This document shows positions 25,161 to 35,530 of a stretch of 64,000 bases of DNA, in pieces. The notes beneath the pieces are model-generated. The model searched no databases. It was given only the letters and a program-made list of their open reading frames with translations, and was not told where the DNA came from. Each line of letters begins with the position of its first letter. Position 1 is the stretch's first letter. The translations under genes and the position numbers were made by a program. Source of the DNA: Candidatus Magasanikiibacteriota bacterium (GTDB lineage Bacteria; Patescibacteriota; Patescibacteriia; Magasanikbacterales; GWA2-37-8); NCBI GenBank assembly GCA_030650025.1, contig JAUSEN010000029.1, positions 287 through 64,286 on the forward strand. Reading direction: 5' to 3'.

Positions 25161-26325
25161 AAATATGTATCCAATTGCGCGGCCGTACGTTACTATTCGT
25201 CAACTGTGCGCCCTTCTGAATATTTTAAAATATCGCGCCCAAACAGTCGAGGATTTTGAAAATCAGTTCGCGACCAGTGTAGGGCGCGCTTATGCCTGCG
25301 CGTTTTCGGGAGGGCGCGTGGCCATTCAAAAAGTATTTGAAGCCTTAGAAATAAAAAATCAAACTGTGGCCATGCCATCGTATACCTGCCTGGTTGTGCC
25401 ATATGCTGTTGAATTGTCCGGCAACCGGCCATTGTTTGTTGAGCCAAAAGTTGGGGAGTTTGGCACCACAGCGGCGGCGCTTCAGGCGGTTGCGGCGATC
25501 AGTATACCAACGCACATGTTTGGCAAAGTGCGGGACCAGCCAGTATTATCACCTAATACTCTGGTTATCGAAGACGCCTGTTTGGCATTTGGCTCAAAAA
25601 TCGCGGGGCGAGCCGCCGGGACACTCGGTGATGTTTCCATTTTTAGTTTTAATCGCTCCAAACAGCTAAGTTGTTTTGGCGGTGGCATTGCCGTCACCGA
25701 TCGCCGTGATATTTATGAGAAATTAAAAGTATTCGCTCAATACCACGCCACTTTTTGGGACGAAGTGGCGCAAGTTTTTAAGTCGTTCTTTTTTTGGTGG
25801 TTCTACCGCCCTAGTATTTATTCATTTTTGAAAATGTTTGGTTCGGCCTCGGCTAATGTTACCGATTTTTCTCTTGGAGATTGCTCTCTTGATAAGAGTT
25901 ATTCAAAAAGTTTTCTCAAATCGCAAGCCATTTTAGGCTTAGGTCAGCTCAAAAATGCTGATGTCATCCTCGCGGAGCGTCGGCGTATTGCCGCCTGGTA
26001 TGATGCCAATCTAAGAAATTTTTCAGACATTACCATCCCCAGACTGACGCCGGATGTTGAACTTAGCCACTACTGGGTACTTCTTAAAAAGCCCCGAGCC
26101 ATTGTCAAAGAACGCTTATTTAAAGAGGGGATAGCCGTTGGGGTTCCGAACGACTATTCGTGTCCTCTCACGGCGCATTACGCCGCCAATTATAACCCCG
26201 CAGACTTTTCTGTTTCTTCAGCCCTAGCGTCGTCGATTATTAGTTTGCCGTTTTATGTCGGCTTAACAGAACGAGCCGTGCGTCAAATTTGTGCAAAATT
26301 TAAACAGGTATATGAGAGTGTTTGA
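25153..26325 (+). CDS. DegT/DnrJ/EryC1/StrS-family PLP-dependent sugar aminotransferase (divergent)
   Basis: FSFNRSKQLSCFGGGIAV is the Schiff-base lysine region. The overall layout matches the family but it is more divergent than the 27472 copy. Confidence 0.5.
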   Translation: MFKNMYPIARPYVTIRQLCALLNILKYRAQTVEDFENQFATSVGRAYACAFSGGRVAIQKVFEALEIKNQTVAMPSYTCLVVPYAVELSGNRPLFVEPKVGEFGTTAAALQAVAAISIPTHMFGKVRDQPVLSPNTLVIEDACLAFGSKIAGRAAGTLGDVSIFSFNRSKQLSCFGGGIAVTDRRDIYEKLKVFAQYHATFWDEVAQVFKSFFFWWFYRPSIYSFLKMFGSASANVTDFSLGDCSLDKSYSKSFLKSQAILGLGQLKNADVILAERRRIAAWYDANLRNFSDITIPRLTPDVELSHYWVLLKKPRAIVKERLFKEGIAVGVPNDYSCPLTAHYAANYNPADFSVSSALASSIISLPFYVGLTERAVRQICAKFKQVYESV

Positions 26326-27475
26326 TCGTGAATTGGTAGTCATCGGCTCTAATGAATACTCGGTGCAAGGCGGGCATTGCTATTTTCGTAGTGGTTTAGA
26401 ACAGCAAATTGAGGATTTAGCCCGCCATTTTCGTAAAGCCTATCACTATTCACCCCAGAGCCATCTTACGTTTTTTGGTTTTGAATTTAGTAGCCAGGTA
26501 GTTGTCCGGCCTTTTGCTATCAGACACCATGAGAGTCGGCGCGAGCTTTGGCATCGCCGCCGTGAATATTGGCAGAGCGTGCGCTCCATATACGCCGCTC
26601 ACCCCGGCGCTTTATTTTTAGTTTTTATTCCCGATTCATACATCGGCCTTATCGCCGCGATCTATTTAAAACTACATCACGCCACCTTTTTTGTGCGGAT
26701 TACTGCCAACCAGATAGAAGAATTAAAGGTTCGCGGGCATCGGTTAGTGCGTAAAATATTGTATCTATTGCTCAAATGGCCGTATTACTTTTTTATGCGC
26801 TGGCTCTTTAAAGGAGTGGTGCAAATCTATACCGGGAGAAAGGTGTATTATACAAATAATTTTGCGTACTCAATCGTTTCGTCCAATATTATTGAGAGCG
26901 ATATTCAGGTGCGCCCGCCGCTATTTGCCACTGCCAAAAATTTGCAGTATGTGGGGCGATTTGATACACTAAAAGGTCTTGAATATTTTTTTGCCGCCAT
27001 ACCTTTAGTAAAATCTAAAATCAGCGTACGGATTGTCGGTTTTGGCGAACCAGCCGACGTTGCTAAGGTTAAGCGTCGCGTGGCGTCGTTATCAGCCTAT
27101 TATGACATTACCTTTGTGGGGCAAGTTCCTTATGGCCCTAAACTTTTTGCCGAATATGATCAAGCCGATATTGTGGTAATGCCTTCTTTGTATGAAACGC
27201 AGGGCAAGGCGCATCTCGAAGCGATGGCCCGCGGCGTCGCGGTGGTCGCTACCAACATTCCAGCCATTAGCGCGATTATTGTTAACGGTATCAACGGATT
27301 ATTAGTGCCACCACGTTCCAGAGAGGCAATCGCAGAAGCGATTGATATCCTGATTGCGGATAATAATTTGCGAACCAAGCTCGTTACTAATGCCTACCAA
27401 ACAATCCGCGGGCTTACTATGCAGAAGTCAACTAACGCTATTATTAACGCTCTTAATGATCATCAACTAATATGA
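26312..27475 (+). CDS. Glycosyltransferase family 4 (GT-B)
   Basis: The C-terminal EX7E-type motif is VMPSLYETQGKAHLEAMARGVAVVATNIPAISAIIVNGINGLLV. The start was moved to the ATG at 26312. Confidence 0.65.
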   Translation: MRVFDRELVVIGSNEYSVQGGHCYFRSGLEQQIEDLARHFRKAYHYSPQSHLTFFGFEFSSQVVVRPFAIRHHESRRELWHRRREYWQSVRSIYAAHPGALFLVFIPDSYIGLIAAIYLKLHHATFFVRITANQIEELKVRGHRLVRKILYLLLKWPYYFFMRWLFKGVVQIYTGRKVYYTNNFAYSIVSSNIIESDIQVRPPLFATAKNLQYVGRFDTLKGLEYFFAAIPLVKSKISVRIVGFGEPADVAKVKRRVASLSAYYDITFVGQVPYGPKLFAEYDQADIVVMPSLYETQGKAHLEAMARGVAVVATNIPAISAIIVNGINGLLVPPRSREAIAEAIDILIADNNLRTKLVTNAYQTIRGLTMQKSTNAIINALNDHQLI

Positions 27476-28569
27476 TTCCTGTTGCCAAACCAACGTTATC
27501 CGGTCAAGAAAAAAATAATGTTCTTCAGGCTCTCGATAGCGGTTGGATTTCATCAACTGGAGAATTTGTTTCTGCTTTCGAGGCAGGCCTCGCTCGCTAC
27601 CTCGGTACGGCGCAGGTTGCCACCACATCCAACGGCACAACCGCTCTGCATCTGGCGCTCTTGGCTCTTGGTGTTGGGCCATGTGATGAAGTGATAGTCC
27701 CGGCCTGTTCTTTCATCGCGACGTTAAACGCCGTGCTGTATACTGGCGCAGAGCCGGTATTTGTTGATATTGAACTCGATACGTGGGGGCTTGATCCCGA
27801 ACAGGTTCGCTCCAAAATTACTAAACGCACCAAAGCCATTCTGGCCGTACATTTATATGGGTTTCCGTGCAGAATTACCGAATTAAACGCGTTGGCCAAA
27901 GAACACGGCCTGTTTTTGGTTGAAGATAATGCCGAAGCATTTGGTGCCAGTGTCAACGGAAAAAAATTAGGCACTATCGGCGATATCGGCACGTATAGTT
28001 TTTTTGGTAATAAAATAATTACAACGGGCGAAGGCGGAGCGGTTAGCAGTGATAATGCCACCTTCATGGATCGCGTACGCTTATACAAAAATCAAGGTCG
28101 CAAAACTAACAAAATCTTTCAGCATGAGGTTTTGGGGTATAACTATCGGATGACAAACCTTCAAGCCGCCATAGGCCTCGCCCAATTAGCTCAAGCGGAC
28201 GATTTTATTGCCGCTCGCCGGCACATCGAGTCTCTGTATGATGCTAGGCTTGCCGGGTTGATTTACCAACCAAAAGACATGCCCGGGGCCGAACACGTTA
28301 ATTGGCTTTACACCCGAATGTTTAATCATAAAGAATTAGACATTACCGCCCTAGGGGGTTTTTTAGAGCAAAATGGTATTGACACGAGACGAGTTTTTTC
28401 TTCAATGAGTAGCGTCGCATACTTAGGCCCAGAATATCAAAGGCTTAATTTCCCCAACACTAACCGGCTTCACAACCTGGGGTTGACCCTGCCAACGTAT
28501 GTTGGCTTAACAGACGCTGAAATTACGCAAGTAACCGACGCGGTCAATACATTTATTCGTGGACTATGA
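27472..28569 (+). CDS. DegT/DnrJ/EryC1-family sugar aminotransferase
   Basis: MIPVAKPTLSGQEKNNVLQALDSGWISSTGEFVSAFEAGLARYLG... and YSFFGNKIITTGEGGAV show the canonical family layout. Confidence 0.75.
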   Translation: MIPVAKPTLSGQEKNNVLQALDSGWISSTGEFVSAFEAGLARYLGTAQVATTSNGTTALHLALLALGVGPCDEVIVPACSFIATLNAVLYTGAEPVFVDIELDTWGLDPEQVRSKITKRTKAILAVHLYGFPCRITELNALAKEHGLFLVEDNAEAFGASVNGKKLGTIGDIGTYSFFGNKIITTGEGGAVSSDNATFMDRVRLYKNQGRKTNKIFQHEVLGYNYRMTNLQAAIGLAQLAQADDFIAARRHIESLYDARLAGLIYQPKDMPGAEHVNWLYTRMFNHKELDITALGGFLEQNGIDTRRVFSSMSSVAYLGPEYQRLNFPNTNRLHNLGLTLPTYVGLTDAEITQVTDAVNTFIRGL

Positions 28570-29765
28570 AACGTACCATTTTAGCTTTTTGTCCAATATT
28601 TTACCCGCACATGGGAGGCGCCGAGCGCACGGTGTTTGAGCTATTTAGCCGTTTAATAAAACGTCATGGCTACACGGTGCATTTGGTTACTATTAATACG
28701 GAAAACGCCCCCGCGTATGAATTTTTGAGCGGTATTCATGTGTATCGAATTGGTAAAAGTTATTCCAATAAAGTAATAAAATTTTTGATGTTTCAATGGT
28801 TTTTTGCCAAACTTTATTTTGGTAAGCTGTACCGCACTAAGTTTGATATTTTTAATGTGCATTACGCCTTTCCCTTATCAATTTTCTCCATTCTGTTTGC
28901 TTTGTTTTCAAAAAAATTATTGGTGGTAACAGAGTATCATTTTGGGCTAGGATCAGAAATGAAGGTAACCATTGACAATCCCGCCGATTACTACCAGCAC
29001 CACCCCAAATACATTAATTATGTATCGGGGTTGGTGTATAAACTAGCCGATTTTATTTTGACTATTTCTGAAGATAATAAAAAATTTATTCAAAGATATA
29101 TTGGCTCCGCCAACAAAGTCGTCGTCATTAAACAGGGTACGGATCAAGTTTTTTTTGCGCCGAGTTTTTTTAGCCCCGTTGCCAAAGCCAAGCTGGCTCG
29201 CGGGCACCAGTTTGTCTGCGTAACCACCTCGCGTATTAGCCCCCGAAAAAATTTACTCGATATGGTGGCGGTCATAGGGTATTTGCGTGGGCAAAATTGT
29301 GATGTTATTTTGCTTATCAACGGAACGCCAGATCGTAATGACCAGAGCTATTTCACTGAGCTGAAAAACAGCGTGGCGACCGCGGGTCTTACTGAATATA
29401 TTATTTTTAATAACTTTGTGACTGATGAAGAGTTGCGTGTTATCTACGCGTGCGCTGATTTATTTTTTTTAACCTCCAAGAGTGAAGGCTTTGGCATCGT
29501 TAATGTTGAAGCCCTCGCTTCAGGCACTCCGGTAATTACCTACGACACGGGGGCGGCTAAAGATTTTATTGTAAACGGCTCCAATGGCTATATTACTCAA
29601 AATAATCCTCAATCTTTTGCCGAGATTGCGCGCCAAGTTTTGACCGACGCTAACCTTCTCAAACAAATGCGCCACAATGCTCGCGCCTGTGTTGAGCGCG
29701 AGCTTAATTGGGACCATTACGCGGACAGAACCCACGATTACCTCGCCCAATTGTCTCACCGATAA
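28566..29765 (+). CDS. Glycosyltransferase family 4
   Basis: FLTSKSEGFGIVNVEALASGTPVITYDTGAAKDFIVNGSNGYI is the GT4 C-terminal motif. The ATGA start overlaps the upstream stop. Confidence 0.65.
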   Translation: MKRTILAFCPIFYPHMGGAERTVFELFSRLIKRHGYTVHLVTINTENAPAYEFLSGIHVYRIGKSYSNKVIKFLMFQWFFAKLYFGKLYRTKFDIFNVHYAFPLSIFSILFALFSKKLLVVTEYHFGLGSEMKVTIDNPADYYQHHPKYINYVSGLVYKLADFILTISEDNKKFIQRYIGSANKVVVIKQGTDQVFFAPSFFSPVAKAKLARGHQFVCVTTSRISPRKNLLDMVAVIGYLRGQNCDVILLINGTPDRNDQSYFTELKNSVATAGLTEYIIFNNFVTDEELRVIYACADLFFLTSKSEGFGIVNVEALASGTPVITYDTGAAKDFIVNGSNGYITQNNPQSFAEIARQVLTDANLLKQMRHNARACVERELNWDHYADRTHDYLAQLSHR

Positions 29766-29772
29766 AAATTCT

Positions 29773-30807
29773 ATGCCTTCGCCATTAACCGTTAATCCAG
29801 AGATTATCAAAGATATTTTTGGCGCTCGCCAGGTCGTTATCGAAGACAGTCAGGTAGTAGTGGATGGCCGGCGCTATCCGGTAATTGACGGAGTAATTAT
29901 CGCCCTGCCTCCCGAAAAATACACGGTTGCGGTAAAACAAAAATTGCGACTGGGTGCTATTGCCAAAACTCGGCGGTCAGAATTATTTGCCGAAGATATT
30001 CAGTATTCTTTTGGTCACGAATGGCAATCGTATCAAGAACCCCTGCCTGAATATGCCAAAGAATTTAAGGCTTACTTTGATCTGGTCCCCCTTGAGCGTC
30101 TTAAGACCAAAAAAGTATGTGATCTAGGTTGCGGGAGCGGCCGCTGGAGCGCTTTTTTGAAAGGCAAGTGTCGCGCGCTTATACTCGTGGATTTTTCTGA
30201 TGCGATTTTTATCGCGCGCCATAACCTGGGGTCAGACGAGAACATTCTATATGTGATGGCCGATATCCTGGATTTGCCATTTCGGCCAGGCGCTTTTGAT
30301 TTTCTTTTCAGTATCGGTGTCTTGCATCATCTTCCCTCTGATTGTTTGCAGGCCGTCAGGCGTCTCAAAAACTTTGCCGCGGAACTTCTTATTTATTTAT
30401 ACTATGCCCTAGACAATCGGCCATGGTATTTTCGCAGGTTGCTGTCTTTGGTAACTTTCTGGCGTCAGCGCCTCAGTAAAATTCGTAGTGAAAATTTTAG
30501 AAATGCTTTTTCTTTTCTTGGAGCGATCATCTTTTATTATCCTTGTATTGGCCTGGGGCGTGTTTTGCAAATTTGGCGCCTCGGCGACCGCGTGCCGCTC
30601 TATAAATTTTATCACCACAAATCACTCACCAGAATTCGTCAGGATGTTTATGATAGATTCTTTACCAGCATTGAACAGCGCGTTTCCAGAAATCAAATTA
30701 TGAGCTTGCGCGATACTTTTGCCGAGGTAATTATTTCCGAACAAGAACCATACTGGCACTTTGTATGTAGCAGTCTCCCCACGGCCACTTCGCCGCCTAG
30801 CTTTTAA
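29773..30807 (+). CDS. SAM-dependent methyltransferase with an N-terminal extension
   Basis: Motif I is VCDLGCGSGRWSAFL and the post-I region is ILVDFSD. The start is set at M33 of the tracked ORF (ATG at 29773). Confidence 0.55.
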   Translation: MPSPLTVNPEIIKDIFGARQVVIEDSQVVVDGRRYPVIDGVIIALPPEKYTVAVKQKLRLGAIAKTRRSELFAEDIQYSFGHEWQSYQEPLPEYAKEFKAYFDLVPLERLKTKKVCDLGCGSGRWSAFLKGKCRALILVDFSDAIFIARHNLGSDENILYVMADILDLPFRPGAFDFLFSIGVLHHLPSDCLQAVRRLKNFAAELLIYLYYALDNRPWYFRRLLSLVTFWRQRLSKIRSENFRNAFSFLGAIIFYYPCIGLGRVLQIWRLGDRVPLYKFYHHKSLTRIRQDVYDRFFTSIEQRVSRNQIMSLRDTFAEVIISEQEPYWHFVCSSLPTATSPPSF

Positions 30808-30817
30808 ATAATTTGGT

Positions 30818-31963
30818 ATGGGTTCGGGAAAAATATTACTATGTGTAAACTCCGATATTGGGCGTAGCAATACCATTGGTTTTCGTTTTGGAAAAATTGC
30901 CATCGAACTGATACGCCAAGGTATCCCGGTTGATATTATCGCGCGCGCCAACTATACTTCCTCCCTAAAAGTGAGGCAACCTTGGCTAGGGAATAAATTA
31001 GCGCGAGTTTTAAACGCCATCCGTATCTATATTTTTCCTAAGTTTGATTCGCGCCGCTCGGATGTATATTTTTTTGAAAGGTTTGTGTTGCGAGCGCTTC
31101 AAAAAACGGGCGCGAAATATTCCGTGGCGCATCTCGGTGAATTTATGCCGACCGTTACTCGGTATCTTAAAAATCAGGGAGCGCGCGTTCTGCTTGATAT
31201 GCCCATTGGCCATGACTCGTACAGCGTGGCGCTAAAAAGACAGGGTATAACTGTCGGCGTCGATGTGCGCCCCGCCCCAGCTTATTTGGACGCGGCTTTG
31301 GCAGCTGCCGATGAGGTAATTGTGCCGTCAGAATTTGTGGCGAGCACTTTGGTAAGCGTCGGGCTTGGAGCTGTTCCAATGAAGCGCATACCATTTGGAG
31401 TGGCGCGCCCCACAAATTTTACGGTCACGGATATCATATCCCGTCTTAAACAAAAACCCATGATTTTTTTATTCGCGGGCAATGCCAATTATCGCAAGGG
31501 GCTTGGCTATCTGCTCGAAGCCTGGCGTCGGGCCAATCTAACAGACGCAAAATTAATCATCTGTGGGCGGGTCTATAAAGAAATCCAAGGGGATATTAAA
31601 AAATATCAATCAGCTACCATACAGTTTACCGGTTTTGTTTCCAATATCAATGATTATTTAAAATCTGCCCACGCATTTGTTTTTCCTACTTTGCTCGAGG
31701 GTTCCGCTAAGATTGTTTATGAAGCCATGAGTTATGGGTTGCCGGTAATTACCACGGCCAATGCCGGTTCCCTAATTGAGGACAATGTCGATGGTTATAT
31801 TATTCCCCTAGCCGACCCCGTAACACTCGCGGATAAATTACGTTTTTTATATGAACATAAAGACGTGGTGGCGGTCTTAGGTGCGCGTGCCTTTGCCAAA
31901 GTGCAAGCTTATACCTGGGAACGGTATGCTAAAGCTGTTATTGCCGAGTATCAAATAAACTAA
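30818..31963 (+). CDS. Glycosyltransferase family 4
   Basis: FVFPTLLEGSAKIVYEAMSYGLPVITTANAGSLIEDNVDGYIIP. Confidence 0.65.
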   Translation: MGSGKILLCVNSDIGRSNTIGFRFGKIAIELIRQGIPVDIIARANYTSSLKVRQPWLGNKLARVLNAIRIYIFPKFDSRRSDVYFFERFVLRALQKTGAKYSVAHLGEFMPTVTRYLKNQGARVLLDMPIGHDSYSVALKRQGITVGVDVRPAPAYLDAALAAADEVIVPSEFVASTLVSVGLGAVPMKRIPFGVARPTNFTVTDIISRLKQKPMIFLFAGNANYRKGLGYLLEAWRRANLTDAKLIICGRVYKEIQGDIKKYQSATIQFTGFVSNINDYLKSAHAFVFPTLLEGSAKIVYEAMSYGLPVITTANAGSLIEDNVDGYIIPLADPVTLADKLRFLYEHKDVVAVLGARAFAKVQAYTWERYAKAVIAEYQIN

Positions 31964-31977
31964 TTATATTTTATAGT

Positions 31978-32496
31978 ATGCGTTTAGCCCCCTACACGCT
32001 CCGAGAAAAAATAATTGTTAAAATTTCTCAGCACATTATGCCGACGTTAACGCTGTTTTTATGGTCCCATCGGCTCAATACGTTGGTATGGAGGCTCCTT
32101 GGAGCAAACGTCGGTAGAAAAAGTACTATTCGACTCGGCACCATTATTAACGCGCCATTTGCAATCAAAATTGGCAATGGCTCCCATATTCATGGAAATT
32201 TTTTATCGCGCGGAGGAGTTACAATTGGCAATCGGGTGTACATTTGTAACGCCACCATTAGTACTCAAGCGCAAGACTTGCGCTCGCCACAGTTTGAACC
32301 GATTTTTCAGCCCGTAGTTTTTGAGGATCATGCTTGGGTATCTCTTAATAGTACGGTGTTACAGGGAGTGACAGTCAAAGAAGGTGGCATCGTAGCGGCG
32401 GGAGCCGTTGTTACTAATGATGTCGCTCCTTGGACAGTCGTTGGCGGCGTGCCCGCCAAGCCCATCGGCGAACGCGCCCGTTTAATTCGTAATTAA
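31978..32496 (+). CDS. Sugar O-acetyltransferase (left-handed beta-helix, hexapeptide-repeat family)
   Basis: Hexapeptide repeats (IGNGSHIHGN..., VTIGNRVYI..., VFEDHAWVSLNSTVLQGVTVKEGGIVAAGAVV) end with ...VGGVPAKPIGER. Confidence 0.65.
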   Translation: MRLAPYTLREKIIVKISQHIMPTLTLFLWSHRLNTLVWRLLGANVGRKSTIRLGTIINAPFAIKIGNGSHIHGNFLSRGGVTIGNRVYICNATISTQAQDLRSPQFEPIFQPVVFEDHAWVSLNSTVLQGVTVKEGGIVAAGAVVTNDVAPWTVVGGVPAKPIGERARLIRN

Positions 32497-32505
32497 TTTT
32501 AGTTT

Positions 32506-33585
32506 GTGCGCCTCGCTTATATTACCACCGCCACCATGTCCTTGCATGACGCGCAATCTTTGCAGATAAGCGCCATGGCTCAGGCTTTTTCCCAATTATT
32601 ATATAATGATTTTATTTTTATTTCTCCCCGTTCGGTACGGAACACCACGGAAAAAGTCGGGTATCGTTGGATCCAATTGCGAACGATAATGCAGCCAAGA
32701 ATTATTCGTTACCTGTTTGTCATACTCCGTTCGCGTAAAGTTTCGGCTGCCTTTAAACCGGATTGTATTTATACGCGAGATATCGGTGTTGCCGCGTGGT
32801 ATCACTTGGCTGGTTTTAGAGTGTGTTATGAAATGCACAAACCTTTTGTTACCCTGGCAGGCCAAGCGTTATTTCGATTATTCGCGAGCAAAATTAAAAT
32901 CATTTTTATTTCTCGGGCCTTAAAAGATATGGTAACTGATCGGTATGCGTTATTAGATAAAAATCTGTATGTTGCTCATGATGGCGTTTGGACCAATGAT
33001 TTTAAGGGCACGATCAAAAATCGAGAACAAATTAAACAAAATTTATTTGGCGTTAAGAATGGCGTATCTGTTATCATGTACTCTGGCACGTTTCAACCAG
33101 GGAAGGGGCTGGATGTTATCTTATTATTGGCTGATTATTTTGCCAAAAATAATGCCCCCATTATTTTTGCGTGTCTTGGCGGAGAACGACCCCGAAGTTG
33201 TATACTTAAAAATATTTTGTTTATTCCCCGTGTGCCGCAACCTCAAGTGGTTAGTTATCTCAAGGTTGCTGATATTTTACTGCTTCCGAACACTACAGAA
33301 CTCTCATATTTTAATTATACTTCGCCGCTCAAATTGTTTGAATATATGGCCAGCGGCACGCCGTTTGTCGTTTCGCGATCGCAGTCAATTACCGAGATCG
33401 CCAACGAGAAAAACGCCTGGTTGTTTGACCCGGGGGATGTTGGCCAATGTATAGCGCAAATTAAAAACGTGTTGAGCAATCCAGTCGCCGCTAAACAACG
33501 AGCCGAGCAAGCGCTGGGTGATGTAGCGCGCTACGATTGGCAAAATCGTTGTCAAAATATTGTTCAATTTTTAGAAATCTGTTAG
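32506..33585 (+). CDS. Glycosyltransferase family 4
   Basis: LLPNTTELSYFNYTSPLKLFEYMASGTPFVVSRSQSITEIANEKNAWLF is the GT-B C-terminal nucleotide-sugar-binding motif. Confidence 0.55.
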   Translation: MRLAYITTATMSLHDAQSLQISAMAQAFSQLLYNDFIFISPRSVRNTTEKVGYRWIQLRTIMQPRIIRYLFVILRSRKVSAAFKPDCIYTRDIGVAAWYHLAGFRVCYEMHKPFVTLAGQALFRLFASKIKIIFISRALKDMVTDRYALLDKNLYVAHDGVWTNDFKGTIKNREQIKQNLFGVKNGVSVIMYSGTFQPGKGLDVILLLADYFAKNNAPIIFACLGGERPRSCILKNILFIPRVPQPQVVSYLKVADILLLPNTTELSYFNYTSPLKLFEYMASGTPFVVSRSQSITEIANEKNAWLFDPGDVGQCIAQIKNVLSNPVAAKQRAEQALGDVARYDWQNRCQNIVQFLEIC

Positions 33586-33612
33586 TAAGATTATAGTAGA
33601 AATATAGAATTT

Positions 33613-34545
33613 ATGATTACCAAAAAGGCTCTTATTACCGGCATTGACGGTTTTGTCGGACCCTATTTAAAAGCCGAGCTTGCCAATAACGGGTATGATG
33701 TCTTTGGTTTGTCTCTGGCTCAAGCAGACGCTAGTAATCAGATTTTCAAATGCGATATTTCCGATCGCGCGGCAGTTGCGGAAATAATAAAAGCTCATAA
33801 ATTTGACTATATTTTTCATCTGGCCGGGTTTAGCTCGCCCCAAGAGGCCGAGCGCCACCCGGAATTAGTTTTTGAGGTTAATGTCAATGGCACAATCAAT
33901 TTATTAGATGCCTTAGTTGAATTTTCTCCTACCACTAAAATTTTAATTGTAAGTTCATCGTATGCGTATGGCCATCCCAAGTATTTACCCATTAACGAAC
34001 AGCATCCCCTCGCTGGCACGGGCGCGTATGCGGCCAGCCGCATAGCGCAAGAAAAAGCCGCCTTAACCTATACCGATCGCTTGGCGCTTATTATCACTCG
34101 TAGTTTTAACCATACCGGCCCCGGGCAAATGGCCACTGTTATTATTCCCAAAATTATCCAAAGCGTGGTGGCTATCAAGCAAGGGAAGCAAAAATCTTTG
34201 CTTATGGGTAACAGCCATATCCGGCGCGACATTACCGATGTTCGCGACGTGGTCCGTGCCTACCGGCTCCTTATGGAGCAACGCCAGCGCGGCTTAGTTT
34301 GTAATGTTTGCCGCGGTGAGTCGATTAGCTTGCAAGAAGTGATAGATTATATTAAAATTAAGTCCCGGATTAGCTTCCCGGTCGAGATAGCGCCAGAATT
34401 GCTACGTAAAAATGAACCTCTCAATATCTACGGCGACACTAGTTTACTCAAGTCCTTGATAGTTTGGAATAATTTAATCAGCTATCCGGCTATGCTTGAT
34501 GATATTTACGATTATTATTTACAGTTCAATAACACTTTTCTCTAA
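33613..34545 (+). CDS. rmd: GDP-4-keto-6-deoxy-D-mannose reductase (Rmd-like SDR), giving GDP-D-rhamnose
   Basis: [66 protein letters not shown] and CNVCRGE follow the Rmd pattern. The gene is adjacent to gmd. Confidence 0.6.
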   Translation: MITKKALITGIDGFVGPYLKAELANNGYDVFGLSLAQADASNQIFKCDISDRAAVAEIIKAHKFDYIFHLAGFSSPQEAERHPELVFEVNVNGTINLLDALVEFSPTTKILIVSSSYAYGHPKYLPINEQHPLAGTGAYAASRIAQEKAALTYTDRLALIITRSFNHTGPGQMATVIIPKIIQSVVAIKQGKQKSLLMGNSHIRRDITDVRDVVRAYRLLMEQRQRGLVCNVCRGESISLQEVIDYIKIKSRISFPVEIAPELLRKNEPLNIYGDTSLLKSLIVWNNLISYPAMLDDIYDYYLQFNNTFL

Positions 34546-34546
34546 T

Positions 34547-35530
34547 ATGAAAAAAGCTCTTATTACCGGCATCAGCGGCCAGGACGGTTCGTATTTAACG
34601 GAGTTTTTGCTAAAAAAAGGTTATGAAGTGCACGGCATCGTGCGGCGGAGCAGTACCGTGGTTCGTAGCCGGCTGGATTTTATCTCTCCAGAGGTTAATC
34701 GCCAGAATTTATTTTTGCATTATGGCGATCTCTCGGACGGTTCCTCGCTATTCAAATTAGTAAATCGTATTAAGCCGGACGAGGTCTATAATTTGGGGGC
34801 GCAAAGCCATGTCCGGATTAGCTTTGATATTCCACTTTATACGGCTGATGTCGATGGTTTAGGCACTCTGCGCCTGCTCGATGCCATTCGCGATTCACAC
34901 AGCCAGGCCAAATTTTATCAGGCCTCATCGAGCGAAATGTTTGGGCTAGTTCAAACCACTCCCCAAAACGAAAGTACGCCCTTTCATCCCCGCAGTCCCT
35001 ATGCTTGTGCCAAGGTATTCGCGCACTACCAAACTATAAATTACCGTGAAAGCCACGGTCTGTTTGCTTGTTGCGGCATTCTTTTTAACCACGAATCACC
35101 GCGTCGCGGCGAAAACTTTGTGACCAGAAAAATTTGTAAAGGCGTCGCCGAGATTAAAAGTGGTAAACGCCAAAAGATTACCCTCGGCAATCTAGACGCC
35201 CGGCGCGATTGGGGATATGCGCCCGAATATGTTGAGGCCATGTGGCTTATGCTCCAGCAACAGACGGCGGATGATTATGTTATCGCGACTGGCGAAACCC
35301 ATTCGGTAAAAGAATTTGTCGAAGCGGCCTTTGCTTATGTGGGACTCAATTGGCAAGAGCACGTGGAGTTTGACCAAAAGTATACTCGCCCCGCCGAAGT
35401 GGATTTATTACAGGGCGATTATTCTAAAGCCAAACAAAAACTGGGTTGGGAACCAAAAGTCAAATTTAAAGATTTGCTCGCGATCATGATGGAGGCGGAG
35501 CTCACAGGAGAGCCTGTCTCGAGGCTATGA
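34547..35530 (+). CDS. gmd: GDP-mannose 4,6-dehydratase
   Basis: [60 protein letters not shown] and [10 protein letters not shown] are canonical Gmd. The start is the ATG at 34547. Confidence 0.9.
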   Translation: MKKALITGISGQDGSYLTEFLLKKGYEVHGIVRRSSTVVRSRLDFISPEVNRQNLFLHYGDLSDGSSLFKLVNRIKPDEVYNLGAQSHVRISFDIPLYTADVDGLGTLRLLDAIRDSHSQAKFYQASSSEMFGLVQTTPQNESTPFHPRSPYACAKVFAHYQTINYRESHGLFACCGILFNHESPRRGENFVTRKICKGVAEIKSGKRQKITLGNLDARRDWGYAPEYVEAMWLMLQQQTADDYVIATGETHSVKEFVEAAFAYVGLNWQEHVEFDQKYTRPAEVDLLQGDYSKAKQKLGWEPKVKFKDLLAIMMEAELTGEPVSRL